Below, one piece after another: positions 38,080 to 48,916 of a stretch of DNA of 64,000 bases. The DNA is from Alphaproteobacteria bacterium. GTDB taxonomy: Bacteria > Pseudomonadota > Alphaproteobacteria > Micropepsales > Micropepsaceae. A program made the position numbers and the translations under genes. The notes beneath the pieces were generated by a model. The model saw only the letters and a program-made list of their open reading frames with translations, did no database searches and was not told where the DNA came from. Positions within the stretch are counted from its first letter, which is position 1. Each line of letters starts with the position of its first letter. Where the stretch lies: NCBI GenBank assembly GCA_947473475.1, contig CANJBZ010000009.1, forward strand, positions 21,919 through 85,918. The letters are read 5' to 3'.

Positions 38080-39444
38080 ATGAAGAAGCTCTATATCAAG
38101 ACCTACGGTTGCCAGATGAACGTCTACGACTCCGCCCGCATGGCGGATTTGCTGGCGCCGCTTGGTTATCGCCCGGTGGATGAGCCGGATGGCGCCGATA
38201 TGGTCATCCTCAACACCTGCCACATTCGCGAGAAGGCCACGGACAAAGTCTATTCCAAGCTTGGTAAGCTCAGGCGCATGAAAGCGGAGCGCGCCGAAGC
38301 GGGCGAAAAGATGCTGGTGGCGGTCGCGGGGTGCGTTGCGCAGGCGGAAGGCGCCGAGATCATGTCGCGCGAGCCCGCGGTCGATCTCGTCGTCGGCCCA
38401 CAGTCCTATCACCGCCTGCCGGAAATGATCGCCCGCCTGGCGCGCGGCGCGGGGCATGTGCTCGAAACCGATTTTCCGGCGGAAGACAAATTCGACCATC
38501 TCCCGGAAGAGCAGGCCACGTCCGGACCGGCGGCGTTCCTGACCATTCAGGAAGGTTGCGACAAATTCTGCACCTTTTGCGTGGTGCCCTACACACGCGG
38601 CGCGGAGTATTCGCGGCCCGTGGTTCAAATCGAGGCGGAAGCGCGCAAGCTCGCCGGGCAAGGCGTGCGCGAAATCACGCTTCTAGGCCAGAACGTCAAC
38701 GCCTATAGCGGCGCGGGACCGGATGGGTCCGCGTGGAACCTTGCCCAGCTCATTCGGCAACTGGCGCGCGTCCCCGGCGTTGCGCGCTTGCGCTACACGA
38801 CCAGCCACCCGCGCGACATGGATGAATCCCTGATCGCGGCGCACCGCGACGTGGAAGTCTTGATGCCGTATCTGCACCTGCCGGTGCAGTCCGGATCCGA
38901 CCGGATTTTGAAAGCGATGAATCGCGGCCATACGCGCGACGAATATCTTCGTTTGGTCGAGCGCGTTCGGGAGAGCCGCCCCGACATCGCGCTGTCTTCG
39001 GATTTCATTGTCGGGTTTCCGGGGGAATCCGATGACGATTTTCAGGCGACGATGGATCTGGCCCGCGAGGTCGGTTTCGCCGGGGCCTATTCCTTCAAGT
39101 ACAGCGCGCGGCCTGGAACGCCGGCTGCCGCTGCGACGAAACACGTTGCCGAAAGCGTTAAGGACGAACGGTTGCAGGCCTTGCAGGCGCTGCTTATCGA
39201 ACGGCAGGCGGCATTCAACAAAAGCTGTGCCGGCCGTACGTTTTCCGTGTTGTTCGAGAAGCCCGGACGCAAACCCGGTCAGGCCATTGGCCGCAGTCCT
39301 TATTTGCAGTCCGTTCACGTGGATGGCGCCGCACCGCTCATCGGCAGGGAGTGTGAGGTGAAGATCGCATCCGCTCTGCCCAACAGCCTGCAAGGCGTGT
39401 TGGTCAACGCCGCCACGGCGGCCCAAGAGGTGCTTGCCCATTGA
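38080..39444 (+). CDS. miaB: tRNA-2-methylthio-N6-dimethylallyladenosine synthase MiaB
   Basis: The start is [18 protein letters not shown]. The radical-SAM motif [11 protein letters not shown] and a TRAM-domain C-terminus are present. Confidence 0.95.
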   Translation: MKKLYIKTYGCQMNVYDSARMADLLAPLGYRPVDEPDGADMVILNTCHIREKATDKVYSKLGKLRRMKAERAEAGEKMLVAVAGCVAQAEGAEIMSREPAVDLVVGPQSYHRLPEMIARLARGAGHVLETDFPAEDKFDHLPEEQATSGPAAFLTIQEGCDKFCTFCVVPYTRGAEYSRPVVQIEAEARKLAGQGVREITLLGQNVNAYSGAGPDGSAWNLAQLIRQLARVPGVARLRYTTSHPRDMDESLIAAHRDVEVLMPYLHLPVQSGSDRILKAMNRGHTRDEYLRLVERVRESRPDIALSSDFIVGFPGESDDDFQATMDLAREVGFAGAYSFKYSARPGTPAAAATKHVAESVKDERLQALQALLIERQAAFNKSCAGRTFSVLFEKPGRKPGQAIGRSPYLQSVHVDGAAPLIGRECEVKIASALPNSLQGVLVNAATAAQEVLAH

Positions 39445-40457
39445 ACCGTCGCAGTGGAAATGGCGGGGCTGAAATGCCCGCACGCGGGCAGGTGACGCTG
39501 GAATTCAAACGCAACGGATTGTTGCCGGCGCTGACCGGAACGCACAGCCGCAACCTTGTACGGCTCGAACAACGGCTTGGCGTGAAGGTCGCCCAGCGGG
39601 GGAACCTGATCGCGGTGGAAGGCGTGCCCGAAGCACGGGAACACGCCGTGATGGTTCTGCGCGCGTTGTATGAGCGATTGGAAGCAGGCGAGGAGCTGAG
39701 TCTGGGGGACGTCGATGCGGAAATCGGATTTGCGTCCGCCGTGGATCACGCTCCGCCGCGTGAAGCCGGCAGCCAGTTGCGCACGACAAGCGGAAAGGTC
39801 ACGCGCGCCCGCTCGGCGGCACAGGCGTCGTATATCGATCTCATGCGCATGCACGAACTGGTGTTCGGCTTGGGTCCGGCCGGAACGGGAAAGACCTATC
39901 TGGCGGCCGCATTCGGGGCTCATTTGCTGCACGAGCGCCGGGTCGAGCGGCTCATCCTCTCGCGTCCGGCGCTAGAGGCGGGGGAACGGCTGGGCTTTCT
40001 TCCCGGCGATCTGAAGGAAAAGATCGATCCCTATCTGCGGCCGCTTTATGACGCGCTGTTCGACGTTCTAGGTGACCGCTGCACCAAACTGATGGAGAGC
40101 GGCACCATCGAAGTCGCCCCACTGGCCTTTATGCGCGGACGGACCTTGAGGCGGGCATTTGTGATCCTCGATGAGGCGCAGAATTGCACGTCGGCGCAGA
40201 TGAAGATGTTTCTCACTCGGCTCGGCGAAGAGTCCCGCATGGTGGTGACGGGTGATCCCTCCCAAAGCGATCTGCCCGCCGGTCCTGAGGGCCTTGAACA
40301 AGCAACCGCGTACCTTGAGGGCGTGACGGGGGTTGGTTTCGCCCGCTTCTCGGCCGCCGATGTCGTTCGCCATCCGCTCGTCGCGCGCATCGTCGCGGCC
40401 TATGACGCGCACGATCCGGGCGCCAAGCCGCGGCGGAGCAGGCGGGAGCGGGAATGA
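39441..40457 (+). CDS. ybeZ: PhoH-like ATPase (YbeZ)
   Basis: Walker [12 protein letters not shown] and Walker [14 protein letters not shown] start overlaps the miaB stop. An alternative ATG is at 39474. Confidence 0.9.
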   Translation: MNRRSGNGGAEMPARGQVTLEFKRNGLLPALTGTHSRNLVRLEQRLGVKVAQRGNLIAVEGVPEAREHAVMVLRALYERLEAGEELSLGDVDAEIGFASAVDHAPPREAGSQLRTTSGKVTRARSAAQASYIDLMRMHELVFGLGPAGTGKTYLAAAFGAHLLHERRVERLILSRPALEAGERLGFLPGDLKEKIDPYLRPLYDALFDVLGDRCTKLMESGTIEVAPLAFMRGRTLRRAFVILDEAQNCTSAQMKMFLTRLGEESRMVVTGDPSQSDLPAGPEGLEQATAYLEGVTGVGFARFSAADVVRHPLVARIVAAYDAHDPGAKPRRSRRERE

Positions 40458-40990
40458 TTTCTGCTCGCCGGAAGAGCCCGGCCATGCGGCTTTCCATTGC
40501 CATGGTCGTCGACGATCCTCGCTGGCGCGCCGATCCCTCGGTGGTGCGCGGCATGCGCAAAGCCATCCGGCTGGCGCTTCCCTCGACGCCGCACCCGGAC
40601 CATGCGCTTGCGCCCGCAGCTGCTTCAGCCGTCACGGTTTTGCTCGCGGACGACCAGCGGCTTCGAGAACTGAACGCGTCCTTCCGGGGCAAGGACAAGG
40701 CGACAAACGTCCTGTCGTTTTCGCCCGGCCGGAACGATGCCGGCTATCTTGGCGATATCGCGCTGGCCTATGGGGTGGTGGCAAAAGAAGCCCGCAGCCA
40801 GCGCAAGGCCTTGGCGGATCATGCCGCCCATCTGGCCATCCATGGGGTCCTGCATCTTCTGGGTTACGATCACGAAGACGGGAAGGAAGCCGAGCGCATG
40901 GAGGCGCTTGAAATTGCCCTATTGCAGCGTCTGACTATTGCCGATCCCTATCGGCCTCGTCCCTATACGACCCGGCGCAAGAAAGCCTAA
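40454..40990 (+). CDS. ybeY: rRNA maturation endoribonuclease YbeY
   Basis: 178 aa with the zinc motif HGVLHLLGYDH. Confidence 0.9.
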   Translation: MISARRKSPAMRLSIAMVVDDPRWRADPSVVRGMRKAIRLALPSTPHPDHALAPAAASAVTVLLADDQRLRELNASFRGKDKATNVLSFSPGRNDAGYLGDIALAYGVVAKEARSQRKALADHAAHLAIHGVLHLLGYDHEDGKEAERMEALEIALLQRLTIADPYRPRPYTTRRKKA

Positions 40991-41000
40991 ACTGACAACT

Positions 41001-41975
41001 ATGCCTTCCGATTCTGACAAACCCGGGGCTCATTCGACCCCTTCCCCATCCGGCGACGCCACGGAAGCGCGATCGACACAGCAGGGGCAAGGCCGCCCCA
41101 TTCTGAGCGAAATCGCCGCGCGGCTTGCGCAGGCGCTCCGAGGCTTGCGCAAAGACTCCTCCATGCGCGAGAGTCTTGAGGAGGTGATCGAGGAGAGTGA
41201 GCGGGGCACGCAGGAGCTTACCTCTCAAGAACGCCTGATGCTCGCCAATCTCCTGACCTTTGGCGATCTTGCCGTCTCCGACGTGATGGTACCGCGCGCC
41301 GATATTGTAGCCGTCGACGAAGGAACACCGTTCGCCGATGTGGTTGCTCTGTTCCGCGAGGCACAGCATTCGCGCTTACCGCTGTATCGCGAAACCTTGG
41401 ACGATCCTTTGGGGATGCTGCACATCAAGGACGTATTCGCGTTGATCGAAACCGGGGAGGACGGTCAACTGCGTTGGCCGCCGATGCCCATCGCGAAATT
41501 GAAGCGCGAAGTGCTCTTTGTTCCGGCGGCGATGCCGGCCCTCGATCTGCTTCTGAAAATGCAGGCCACGCGAATCCATCTGGCGCTGGTCGTCGATGAA
41601 TATGGCGGCACCGACGGACTCGTTTCGATTGAAGACCTCGTCGAGGAAATCGTCGGCGATATCGACGATGAACACGATGATGAAGAACAGCCTGAAATCA
41701 TCGCGCTTCCTGACGGCAACTACACCGCGGATGCACGCGTCGAATTGGAGGACTTCAAGGAGCGGACCGGCATCGACCTGACGGCAGCAGACACCGAAGA
41801 AGACATCGATACGCTTGGCGGTGTGGTCGCGGCGGCGCTGGGCCGCGTGCCCGTGCGCGGCGAGATCGTATCGCACGGCAGGGTTGAATTCGAAGTGCTC
41901 GAAGCCGATCCGCGGCGGGCCAAACGTTTGCGCGTTCGTCTGCTCCAACCGGCGCAGACGGTTGCGGGCGATTGA
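41001..41975 (+). CDS. corC: CBS-pair / CorC_HlyC domain protein (CorC/YbeX-like)
   Basis: The start MPSDSDKPG is at 41001. A CBS pair ([10 protein letters not shown]..., LHIKDVF) is followed by the transporter-associated domain. It occupies the ybeX position in the miaB-ybeZ-ybeY-ybeX-lnt cluster. Confidence 0.85.
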   Translation: MPSDSDKPGAHSTPSPSGDATEARSTQQGQGRPILSEIAARLAQALRGLRKDSSMRESLEEVIEESERGTQELTSQERLMLANLLTFGDLAVSDVMVPRADIVAVDEGTPFADVVALFREAQHSRLPLYRETLDDPLGMLHIKDVFALIETGEDGQLRWPPMPIAKLKREVLFVPAAMPALDLLLKMQATRIHLALVVDEYGGTDGLVSIEDLVEEIVGDIDDEHDDEEQPEIIALPDGNYTADARVELEDFKERTGIDLTAADTEEDIDTLGGVVAAALGRVPVRGEIVSHGRVEFEVLEADPRRAKRLRVRLLQPAQTVAGD

Positions 41976-41985
41976 TTTGCCGCCG

Positions 41986-43527
41986 ATGCCATTCGCCGGC
42001 CGGATGCATGCAGCCCTTCAGCGTGTGCGCGGCTTCCGGCGCTTAGCGCTGACGGCAGCATTTGGCGGCTTGGCGGCGCTTGCTTTCGAACCGTTCCGTC
42101 TCTTTCCGCTGCTGCTTCTGTCTTACGCGGCGATGGTGTTGCTGCTCGATGGCGCTGCGGCCGGACGGCGCCGGTTCCGTGCCGCGTTCGGCATTGGCTG
42201 GGCTTATGGGTTTGGCTTCTTTGTCATAGGCCTGCATTGGATCGGCTACGCCTTCCTGGTGGATGCGGAGGCGCATGCCTGGCAAATGCCCTTTGCCGTC
42301 ATTCTGCTGCCGAGCGCCCTGGGATTGTTTTTCGGCGTCGCCGGGATGGTGTGCATGCTGCGGTGGCGGCCGGGCTTGCAGCGCGTCTTTCTGTTCGCGC
42401 TGGTGTTCGGCGCGGTCGAGTGGCTGCGCGGCCACATCCTCACGGGGTTTCCTTGGAATCTCCCGGCCTATGGCTGGGGGGCTTCGCCTGCTGTGCTCCA
42501 GACCGCTTCGGTCTTCGGGGCGTACGGTCTATCGCTTCTGACGATTTTGCTCGGTGCGTCTTTCGCCATGCTTGCGGCCGGACATGAACGCCGGCTGCGT
42601 TTGATGCCCGCAGCCATGAGCATTTTCTTTCTCGCGCTTTGGGCCAACGGAACGGTACGTCTGATGACGGCCACCTATGCCACGATTCCTGGCGTCCATT
42701 TGCGCATCGTGCAGCCTGCAACGCCGCAGAGCGAAAAATACGTCCAGCAATATATGGTTCGCAATTGGCGCCGCTTGGTGGACCTTTCCAATGCGCCGGC
42801 GGCCGTCAAACCCACGCACATCATATGGCCCGAAGCAGCGCCGCCGTTTGTCCTTGCACGCGCGCCGGAAGCTCTTGCCGAGATTGCCGCCCTCACTGGC
42901 GATTCCGCTGTGCTTCTCACGGGAGAAGTGCGTATCGACGAGGGTGGGCCGCGCACCCGCTTCTACAACTCCTTCGCGATGTTCGGCCCGCAGGGAAAAT
43001 TGCTCGCCGAATCGGACAAGTTTCATCTGGTTCCCTTCGGAGAATATCTTCCGTTCGAGGACGCTCTGCGTTCGGTAGGCTTAACGGAGATCGCGGCCAA
43101 CACGGGATTTTCTTCCGGCGAACGTGCACGGACTTTCTCCGTACCCGGAGCGCCGCCCGTGGGTCCGTTGATCTGCTACGAGGTGATTTTTCCGCAGGCC
43201 GTTACCGGCGATCCTCGCCCGTCTTGGCTGGTTAACATGACAGATGATTCATGGTTCGGTCCAAATGCCGGTCCGATGCAGCATCTCATGATTGCACGCG
43301 TCAGAGCGATCGAAGAGGGATTGCCCATTATACGTGCAGCAAACAGCGGCATTTCCGTAATCGTCGATGGATATGGACGCGAACGTGGGCGACTCGATCT
43401 TGGGTTGCGTGGGGTCGTCGACGGGGACCTTCCGGTTGCTTTGCCTGCAACGCCGTTTGCTCGTTTCGGTAACCTTGTAACATTCGCGCTATTTCTGCTT
43501 TGCGCGGGTGCGGCGCTTGGCCTCTAA
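41986..43527 (+). CDS. lnt: apolipoprotein N-acyltransferase
   Basis: It has a multi-TM N-terminal half and a CN-hydrolase domain with WPE, KFHLVPFGEYLPF and LICYEVIFP. The ATG at 41986 lies just after the corC stop. Confidence 0.9.
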   Translation: MPFAGRMHAALQRVRGFRRLALTAAFGGLAALAFEPFRLFPLLLLSYAAMVLLLDGAAAGRRRFRAAFGIGWAYGFGFFVIGLHWIGYAFLVDAEAHAWQMPFAVILLPSALGLFFGVAGMVCMLRWRPGLQRVFLFALVFGAVEWLRGHILTGFPWNLPAYGWGASPAVLQTASVFGAYGLSLLTILLGASFAMLAAGHERRLRLMPAAMSIFFLALWANGTVRLMTATYATIPGVHLRIVQPATPQSEKYVQQYMVRNWRRLVDLSNAPAAVKPTHIIWPEAAPPFVLARAPEALAEIAALTGDSAVLLTGEVRIDEGGPRTRFYNSFAMFGPQGKLLAESDKFHLVPFGEYLPFEDALRSVGLTEIAANTGFSSGERARTFSVPGAPPVGPLICYEVIFPQAVTGDPRPSWLVNMTDDSWFGPNAGPMQHLMIARVRAIEEGLPIIRAANSGISVIVDGYGRERGRLDLGLRGVVDGDLPVALPATPFARFGNLVTFALFLLCAGAALGL

Positions 43528-43607
43528 CCGCTTCAAAGTCTTGACGTCATGCGACGCGGGAGCTTTTCTGCGCGCAATGCGAATTTGCATACAGACAATG
43601 AAAGGTT

Positions 43608-44018
43608 TTGGGGAAGGTGCCAAAGAAACAGGCGAATCCCGTCGACGCCCATGTTGGCCATCGCGTTCGATTGCGCCGTATGCTGATCGGTATGAGTCAG
43701 GAGCGTCTCGGGGAATTGCTAGGGCTTACGTTTCAGCAAGTGCAAAAATACGAGAAGGGAATTAATCGCATCGGTGCAGGGCGGCTCTACGAAGTCGCCG
43801 GCATTCTCGGCGTGCCTGTCGCATTCTTCTACGAAGATGTGGACGCCCACACCGCGGCCCGCGCGGCAGGCGCCGAAACTCCGCCGGTCATGGATTTTCT
43901 TTCGAGCCCGGAAGGCTTGCAGCTCAGCCTGGCCTTCATGCGAATCAAAGACATGAAAGTGAAGCGGCGCATTCTGGATCTCGTCCGCTCGCTCGCCGAC
44001 GATACCAGCGAAGACTGA
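43608..44018 (+). CDS. XRE-family helix-turn-helix transcriptional regulator
   Basis: 136 aa with the HTH LGMSQERLGELLGLTFQQVQKYEKGINRIGAGRL. It starts at TTG 43608 or GTG 43617. Confidence 0.8.
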   Translation: MGKVPKKQANPVDAHVGHRVRLRRMLIGMSQERLGELLGLTFQQVQKYEKGINRIGAGRLYEVAGILGVPVAFFYEDVDAHTAARAAGAETPPVMDFLSSPEGLQLSLAFMRIKDMKVKRRILDLVRSLADDTSED

Positions 44019-44106
44019 ATCGCCCTACCGCAGATGAAGCACGCGGAGCAGGTTTTGCGCACGCCGCAACGCTGCGAGCTTCATATCGGTGGTTTAAGGC
44101 TTGCGA

Positions 44107-44427
44107 TCAGCCTTTGCGGGATGCTTTCTCATCAAGGCCGGATTGCGCCTCACGTTTCTGGAGAACGGAATAGACGTCTTCTGGCGCCAGATCGCACGCC
44201 GCCCACAGCACGCACAGGTGATAAAGGAGATCGGCCGACTCGTTGGCGAGGGCCGCCTTGTCCTGGGCAACCGCAGCCAAGCTGGTCTCCACCGCCTCTT
44301 CGCCAAGTTTCTTGGCGCATTTCAATCGGCCCTCTTTCAACAATCTGGCCGTGTAGGAGGTGCTTGCGTCCGAGCCCTTGCGGGAGGCGATACGCTGAAA
44401 GAGGCGGTCGAGCGGATGGGTTGTCAT
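44107..44427 (-). CDS. hisE: phosphoribosyl-ATP pyrophosphatase
   Basis: The start MTTHPLDRLFQ is at 44427. SYTARLLKEG...KKLGEEAVE and ESADLLYHL are HisE motifs. Confidence 0.85.
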   Translation of the reverse strand: MTTHPLDRLFQRIASRKGSDASTSYTARLLKEGRLKCAKKLGEEAVETSLAAVAQDKAALANESADLLYHLCVLWAACDLAPEDVYSVLQKREAQSGLDEKASRKG

Positions 44428-44468
44428 AGCTGCGAGTTTGTAACGGCTCGCCGCCGCGCGCAATGCGT

Positions 44469-46301
44469 TCAAGGGTTCTTCTCGGCGGTTATCCAACGAT
44501 CGATCTTGGCATCCAGAATCGCAAGCGGCATGGCGCCGTCTTTCAGCACCGCTTCATGAAACCGTCTGATGTCGAATTTGCCGCCCAAGGCCGCTTTCGC
44601 CTGCTCGCGCAGGGCGCTGATGTCCCGCTGGCCGATCTTGTAGGCGAGCGCCTGTGCCGGAATGGCGACGTAGCGGTCTGCTTCTTCTGACGCTTCCACG
44701 CGGGACAGGCCCGCATGATCCACCAGAAACTGGATCGCCTGCTCCCGCGTCCAGCCGAGCCAATGAATGCCGGTATCGACAATCAGCCGGCTGGCGCGCC
44801 ATGCATCGAATGAAAGAGCGCCGAACTTTTGGTAAGGGCTGGTGAAGACGCCAAGCTCCGGGCCGAGCGATTCGGCATAAAGCGCCCACCCTTCGGCAAA
44901 CGCTGTCTCTTGCCCGAAGCGGCGGAACCGGGGCAGCTCGCGGTTCTCCATGGCCACGGCGATCTGCAAATGGTGCCCTGGAATGCCTTCGTGCAGCTCA
45001 AGCACTTCGCTGGTGTAGGCTGGACGCGACGCCAGCTCGGATGCGTTGAGATAGACGATGGCCGGACGGCGGCCGTTCGCCGAGCCGGGCGCATATTCCG
45101 CAGCCGGACGATCGGGCGCGACATAGGCGTCGTGAATGCGAAAAGTGAGTTTCGCCTTCGGGACGCTGACGAACAGCTTTTGAAGATTGCCGTCGACAAC
45201 GGTTTTCACCCGATTGAATTCCGCGAGCATGGCCGCGGAATCCCTGAACTTGAATTGCGGATCGTCGCGCAGGAATTCCCGGAACTGGGCCAAAGTACCG
45301 CGAAATCCCGCCTCCTGTTTGACCGCCTCCATTGCGGCTTCGATGCGCTGAAGTTCGGCGCGGCCAAGCGCGTGTATCGCATCGGGCGTGAGATCCGAGG
45401 TCGTCTCGCTTTTCACCAGATAGAGATACATCTCCTTTCCGCCGGGAATGCCGGACAGACCGAAATTCGCCCGTGCACGCGGCAGGTATTCGGTCCTGAA
45501 AAATGTGAGCAAACGTTGATAAGCGGGGACAAGCTGTCCCTCAACAGCTTCACGATACGCCGCTTCGATACGCTGGCGTTCGGCGCCGCCGATTGCGGCC
45601 GGCATGTTTTTGACCGGCGCCATGAAGACATTTGCGCTTGGGTCGCCGCCGGTGAAATTCTGCACTTGGGCGATCATGCGATCAATGATGGCGCGCGGCT
45701 GCACCACGCCCTGCTTGATCCCCTCGCGCATGTTGAGAATCGCGCGGTCCAGATAATGAGTGAACTCCAGCATCCGCTTGATGCCGCGGTCGTAATCCTC
45801 AGCCTTGTTCCATGGATTGTCGGCGCGCCACTGCATTTCGCGCGGAAAGGTAATCTGCGCGCCGTCGAACTGACTGAGCGCCAGAAGCTGGAAACGCTCG
45901 GCAATGCCAGGCGCCAGTTCGCGGGCTTCGTCGTCGAGCTCCCAACGGAAGATTTCGTAGGACAACGCGTCTTGCGTTTTCAGTGAGGCGCGGTCGATGG
46001 CTGCGAGCTTCGTGCGGGTTTCTTCATTGATTCGCCGCATGCCGCTCAAATACGTCTGGGTCAGGTTGTCGTCGTAGCGGTCGAGATAACGCTCATCGCC
46101 GTGCGCAATGGCTTCGTTCGGCCGCAGCTTCAGTTCGGCTTCGCGATAAGCGCGAAGAATTCTGTTGAGTTCGGCGCCGGCGCCCGCCTGCGCGGCAGCC
46201 GCAACGGGATGAATATCCGCCCGCGGCGCATTGGCATGCGCAAGGCCGCCGGCCAAAAAAACCGCTAAGCCCAACGCAATAAGAGTTTTGGAATGCCGCA
46301 T
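44469..46301 (-). CDS. secreted DUF885 family protein (metallopeptidase-like)
   Basis: 610 aa with the signal peptide [23 protein letters not shown]. It has the [10 protein letters not shown] motif and the DUF885 architecture. Confidence 0.8.
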   Translation of the reverse strand: MRHSKTLIALGLAVFLAGGLAHANAPRADIHPVAAAAQAGAGAELNRILRAYREAELKLRPNEAIAHGDERYLDRYDDNLTQTYLSGMRRINEETRTKLAAIDRASLKTQDALSYEIFRWELDDEARELAPGIAERFQLLALSQFDGAQITFPREMQWRADNPWNKAEDYDRGIKRMLEFTHYLDRAILNMREGIKQGVVQPRAIIDRMIAQVQNFTGGDPSANVFMAPVKNMPAAIGGAERQRIEAAYREAVEGQLVPAYQRLLTFFRTEYLPRARANFGLSGIPGGKEMYLYLVKSETTSDLTPDAIHALGRAELQRIEAAMEAVKQEAGFRGTLAQFREFLRDDPQFKFRDSAAMLAEFNRVKTVVDGNLQKLFVSVPKAKLTFRIHDAYVAPDRPAAEYAPGSANGRRPAIVYLNASELASRPAYTSEVLELHEGIPGHHLQIAVAMENRELPRFRRFGQETAFAEGWALYAESLGPELGVFTSPYQKFGALSFDAWRASRLIVDTGIHWLGWTREQAIQFLVDHAGLSRVEASEEADRYVAIPAQALAYKIGQRDISALREQAKAALGGKFDIRRFHEAVLKDGAMPLAILDAKIDRWITAEKNP

Positions 46302-46398
46302 GCGTCTCGCCGTACTTAGCCAACGGCTTTCTGCGGCAAGCTTGCAGCAGAAAAATGGCGTACGCCATGCGGAGATCTAAATTCTGCGAAAGGTGGCA

Positions 46399-46422
46399 GC
46401 CGCGTCCCAACCGGGACGCGGC
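46399..46422 (-). terminator. perfect 10-bp GC hairpin downstream of the 95-aa orphan gene
   Basis: GCCGCGTCCC-AACC-GGGACGCGGC, 14 nt after the stop at 46436. The U-tract is weak. Confidence 0.45.
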
Positions 46423-46435
46423 GATGCCGGAAAAT

Positions 46436-46723
46436 TTACTGTGCGCCCAAAGCCGAAGGACGCGGGCCTTTGCCCATGATGCTGTTGCACGTCGCTTCGA
46501 TCAGATCTTTGGCGCCCGCGCGATACATGGCCGCCATGAACGACACGGTGGTCGAGGCCGGACCGATGAAGCTCCACTGGCAATCGACGAAGCGCGGATT
46601 CTCCAGTGCGATCGGGAGTAAGCCCGAGATGATGATCGTGCAGCGCTCGAAGCGGCAATCCGTATAGGTGCCGCCGTCCAGGCAGATGGTTATTCCAGTG
46701 AACGTTTGACCCTTAGCAATCAC
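46436..46723 (-). CDS. hypothetical 95-aa Cys-containing protein
   Basis: A GTG at 46723 is preceded by AAGGGAGG with a 5-nt spacer. The sequence is VIAKGQTFTGITICLDGGTYTDCRFERCTIIISG.... There is no signal peptide and no family I recognise. The track ORF extends to 46813. Confidence 0.5.
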   Translation of the reverse strand: MIAKGQTFTGITICLDGGTYTDCRFERCTIIISGLLPIALENPRFVDCQWSFIGPASTTVSFMAAMYRAGAKDLIEATCNSIMGKGPRPSALGAQ

Positions 46724-46826
46724 GTATGCCTCCCTTGAGCGCTGCGGCGAACCGACCGCGGAAGTGACGCTTATGCCGCAAAAGGTCGCCGCAGCGCAAT
46801 CTGCCTGGGGCAAAATACCTCAATGC

Positions 46827-47693
46827 TTACAAAGCAGCCATGGCTCTGATCGATTCGGGCGTCGCGCCGGCGTGGCGCAAGCTTGAGAGGGTTGCGGCGA
46901 AATCACGCTTCGAAAGCTTGCGGCCCGAGGCATCGCGAATCAGTCCGTGGTGCGCATAAGACGGCTCCGGCAATGTGAGCAGGCACTGCAGCAGCCGCTG
47001 AATGTGAGTTGCGGCAAAGAGGTCCTCGCCGCGCGTGACGCGCGTCACACCTTGCAGAGCATCGTCCACGACGACAGCCAGATGGTAGCTCGTGGGCAGC
47101 TCTTTGCGGGCGAGTACGATGTCGCCCAGCGTTTCAGGCTGGGCTTGCTGGCGGCCGGTTTCGCCATTGGGCCCACGGCCCGACTCCTCGAAGGTCAAAA
47201 CACAGCCTATCTGTTCGATGGCCGCCGCCGTGTCGAGGCGAAGGGCATAAGGCGCTCCGGATGCCATCCGCTGCGACCTGACTTCGGGCGCGAGGTTGCG
47301 GCATATGCCCGGATAGCGCGCGCCATCGGGACCAAGCTCGGCGGCTTGCGGGGCAACCCCGGCACGGGCGATCTCGGCGGCGATTTCTTTGCGCGTGCAG
47401 AAACAGGGGTAAAGCAAATCCTTGCCGCGCAATGTCTCAAGGGCCGCCGCATAGTCGGCAAAATGCTCAGATTGCCGCCGCACCGGCATGTCCCATCGAA
47501 TCCCAAGCCAGGCGAGATCCTCATAAATTGCGTCTTCAAATTCCGGACGGCAGCGGGTGAGATCGATGTCTTCAATACGCAAGAGGAAGTGCCCGCCTTG
47601 CCGCGTTGCGGCATCGAAAGCGGCCAGCGCCGCACAGGCGTGCCCGAGATGCAGAAATCCGGTTGGACTTGGAGCAAAGCGAGTGACAATCAT
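46827..47693 (-). CDS. gluQ: tRNA glutamyl-Q(34) synthetase GluQRS (YadB)
   Basis: 288 aa truncated GluRS paralog with the HIGH motif RFAPSPTGFLHLGH and the KMSKS-like KLSKRD. Confidence 0.9.
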   Translation of the reverse strand: MIVTRFAPSPTGFLHLGHACAALAAFDAATRQGGHFLLRIEDIDLTRCRPEFEDAIYEDLAWLGIRWDMPVRRQSEHFADYAAALETLRGKDLLYPCFCTRKEIAAEIARAGVAPQAAELGPDGARYPGICRNLAPEVRSQRMASGAPYALRLDTAAAIEQIGCVLTFEESGRGPNGETGRQQAQPETLGDIVLARKELPTSYHLAVVVDDALQGVTRVTRGEDLFAATHIQRLLQCLLTLPEPSYAHHGLIRDASGRKLSKRDFAATLSSLRHAGATPESIRAMAAL

Positions 47694-47723
47694 GGTCTCA
47701 CGAATCTAACCGGAAACGTCGCT

Positions 47724-48413
47724 ATGAACACGATGGATGGGCCTCGCGTAGCGCCCAAGCGCCCGCCCGCCACCCACCTGGTTGTGCTGTGCCACGGCTA
47801 TGGTTCGGACGGCAACGACCTCATCGGTCTGGTGCCGCATTGGCAGGATGCGCTGCCCACGGCCGCTTTTTCGTCGCCGAATGCGCCCGAACGCTGCACC
47901 ATGTCAGGAGCGGGCTACCAATGGTTTCCGCTATCACGCCTCGATCCGCAGGAGACTCTCCGCGGGACCGAGGCTGCCGCGCCCAAGCTGAACGCGTTTT
48001 TGGATGCGGAACTGAGCCGCCTCAATCTGACGGGAGACAAGCTGGCGCTTGTTGGCTTTAGCCAGGGTACGATGATGTCGCTTTCCGTCGGCCTCCGGCG
48101 CAACCCCGCACCTGCCGCGATCGTTGGATTTTCCGGGTTGCTCGCCGGAGCCGAAACGCTGCCGCGCATGGAAAAAGCGCCGCCGGTGCTGCTGATACAC
48201 GGCGATTCGGATCAGGTCATACCGCCTCAGGCGTTGTTCATGTCCGCAAACGCGCTCGGCAGCGCGGGTGTGCCGGTACAATGGCATATGAGCAAAGGCT
48301 TGGGTCACGGCATCGATCCGGTTGGGCTGGCGCTTGCGGGCCAATTCCTCAGCGCGGCCTTCTCCGGCAAGGCCGTTGCGACGGGGCCGGTCGCAACGCC
48401 ATTTGCACGCTAG
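47724..48413 (+). CDS. phospholipase/carboxylesterase family alpha/beta hydrolase
   Basis: The start is MNTMDGPRV at 47724. It has HLVVLCHGYGSDGNDL, the nucleophile elbow VGFSQGTMM and a late HGDSD / GHGI. The 5' extension of the track ORF back to 46947 is antisense to gluQ and was rejected. Confidence 0.85.
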   Translation: MNTMDGPRVAPKRPPATHLVVLCHGYGSDGNDLIGLVPHWQDALPTAAFSSPNAPERCTMSGAGYQWFPLSRLDPQETLRGTEAAAPKLNAFLDAELSRLNLTGDKLALVGFSQGTMMSLSVGLRRNPAPAAIVGFSGLLAGAETLPRMEKAPPVLLIHGDSDQVIPPQALFMSANALGSAGVPVQWHMSKGLGHGIDPVGLALAGQFLSAAFSGKAVATGPVATPFAR

Positions 48414-48439
48414 GGCGGTTTGCGCGATCCTTAGAGGCC

Positions 48440-48916
48440 ATGCGCAGAAGTCTCGTTCTGATCTGCTTGTGCCTTGCAGCGTGCGCCACGCCGAGAAGCA
48501 CCATGCTGGCCGAAAACACGGCCGTCATTTCCGTCATCGGCCATTCGCAGGACGACCGGGAGCGCGTCATTGAGGATGCGCTTCTCGAAGCGGGAAAGAT
48601 CACCCGCGAGCACGGCTATCAGTATTTCATCATCGTGCGTGCCGCAGATGCCAGCCAAAAAGGGACGCGGTTTCTGGACGAACAGACGGTACGCCGGACG
48701 CCGGCCAGCAATCTCAGCAAGCCTGGCGCGAATTACCTCACCGTCACGCGCAACCAAAGCTTTCGGCGGCCAGGACTCGGGCTCACGATCCGGATGTTCC
48801 ACGAAGGCGAAATCGATCCGCGCATCATGGGTGTGTGGAACACGGATGGCGGAATGGGACGTGCCGACAAGCCGCCAACGCCCAAGAGACGTGCCCCGCG
48901 CCGGCTAAGCGGCTGA
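48440..48916 (+). CDS. hypothetical lipoprotein
   Basis: The start MRRSLVLICLCLAACATP carries a lipobox. 158 aa with a basic C-terminal tail and no recognisable family. Confidence 0.6.
   Translation: MRRSLVLICLCLAACATPRSTMLAENTAVISVIGHSQDDRERVIEDALLEAGKITREHGYQYFIIVRAADASQKGTRFLDEQTVRRTPASNLSKPGANYLTVTRNQSFRRPGLGLTIRMFHEGEIDPRIMGVWNTDGGMGRADKPPTPKRRAPRRLSG

Noticed and set aside
37840-39483. Minus-strand ORFs of 273 aa (37840-38661) and 266 aa (38683-39483).
   Set aside because: Antisense to plsC/miaB, both of which have clear catalytic motifs.
44829-45986. 385-aa plus-strand ORF.
   Set aside because: Antisense to the DUF885 gene, with no recognisable motifs.
46947-47723. 5' part of the 488-aa plus-strand ORF 46947-48413.
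   Set aside because: This part is antisense to gluQRS. The esterase homology begins only at MNTMDGPRV (47724), 30 nt beyond the divergent gluQ start.
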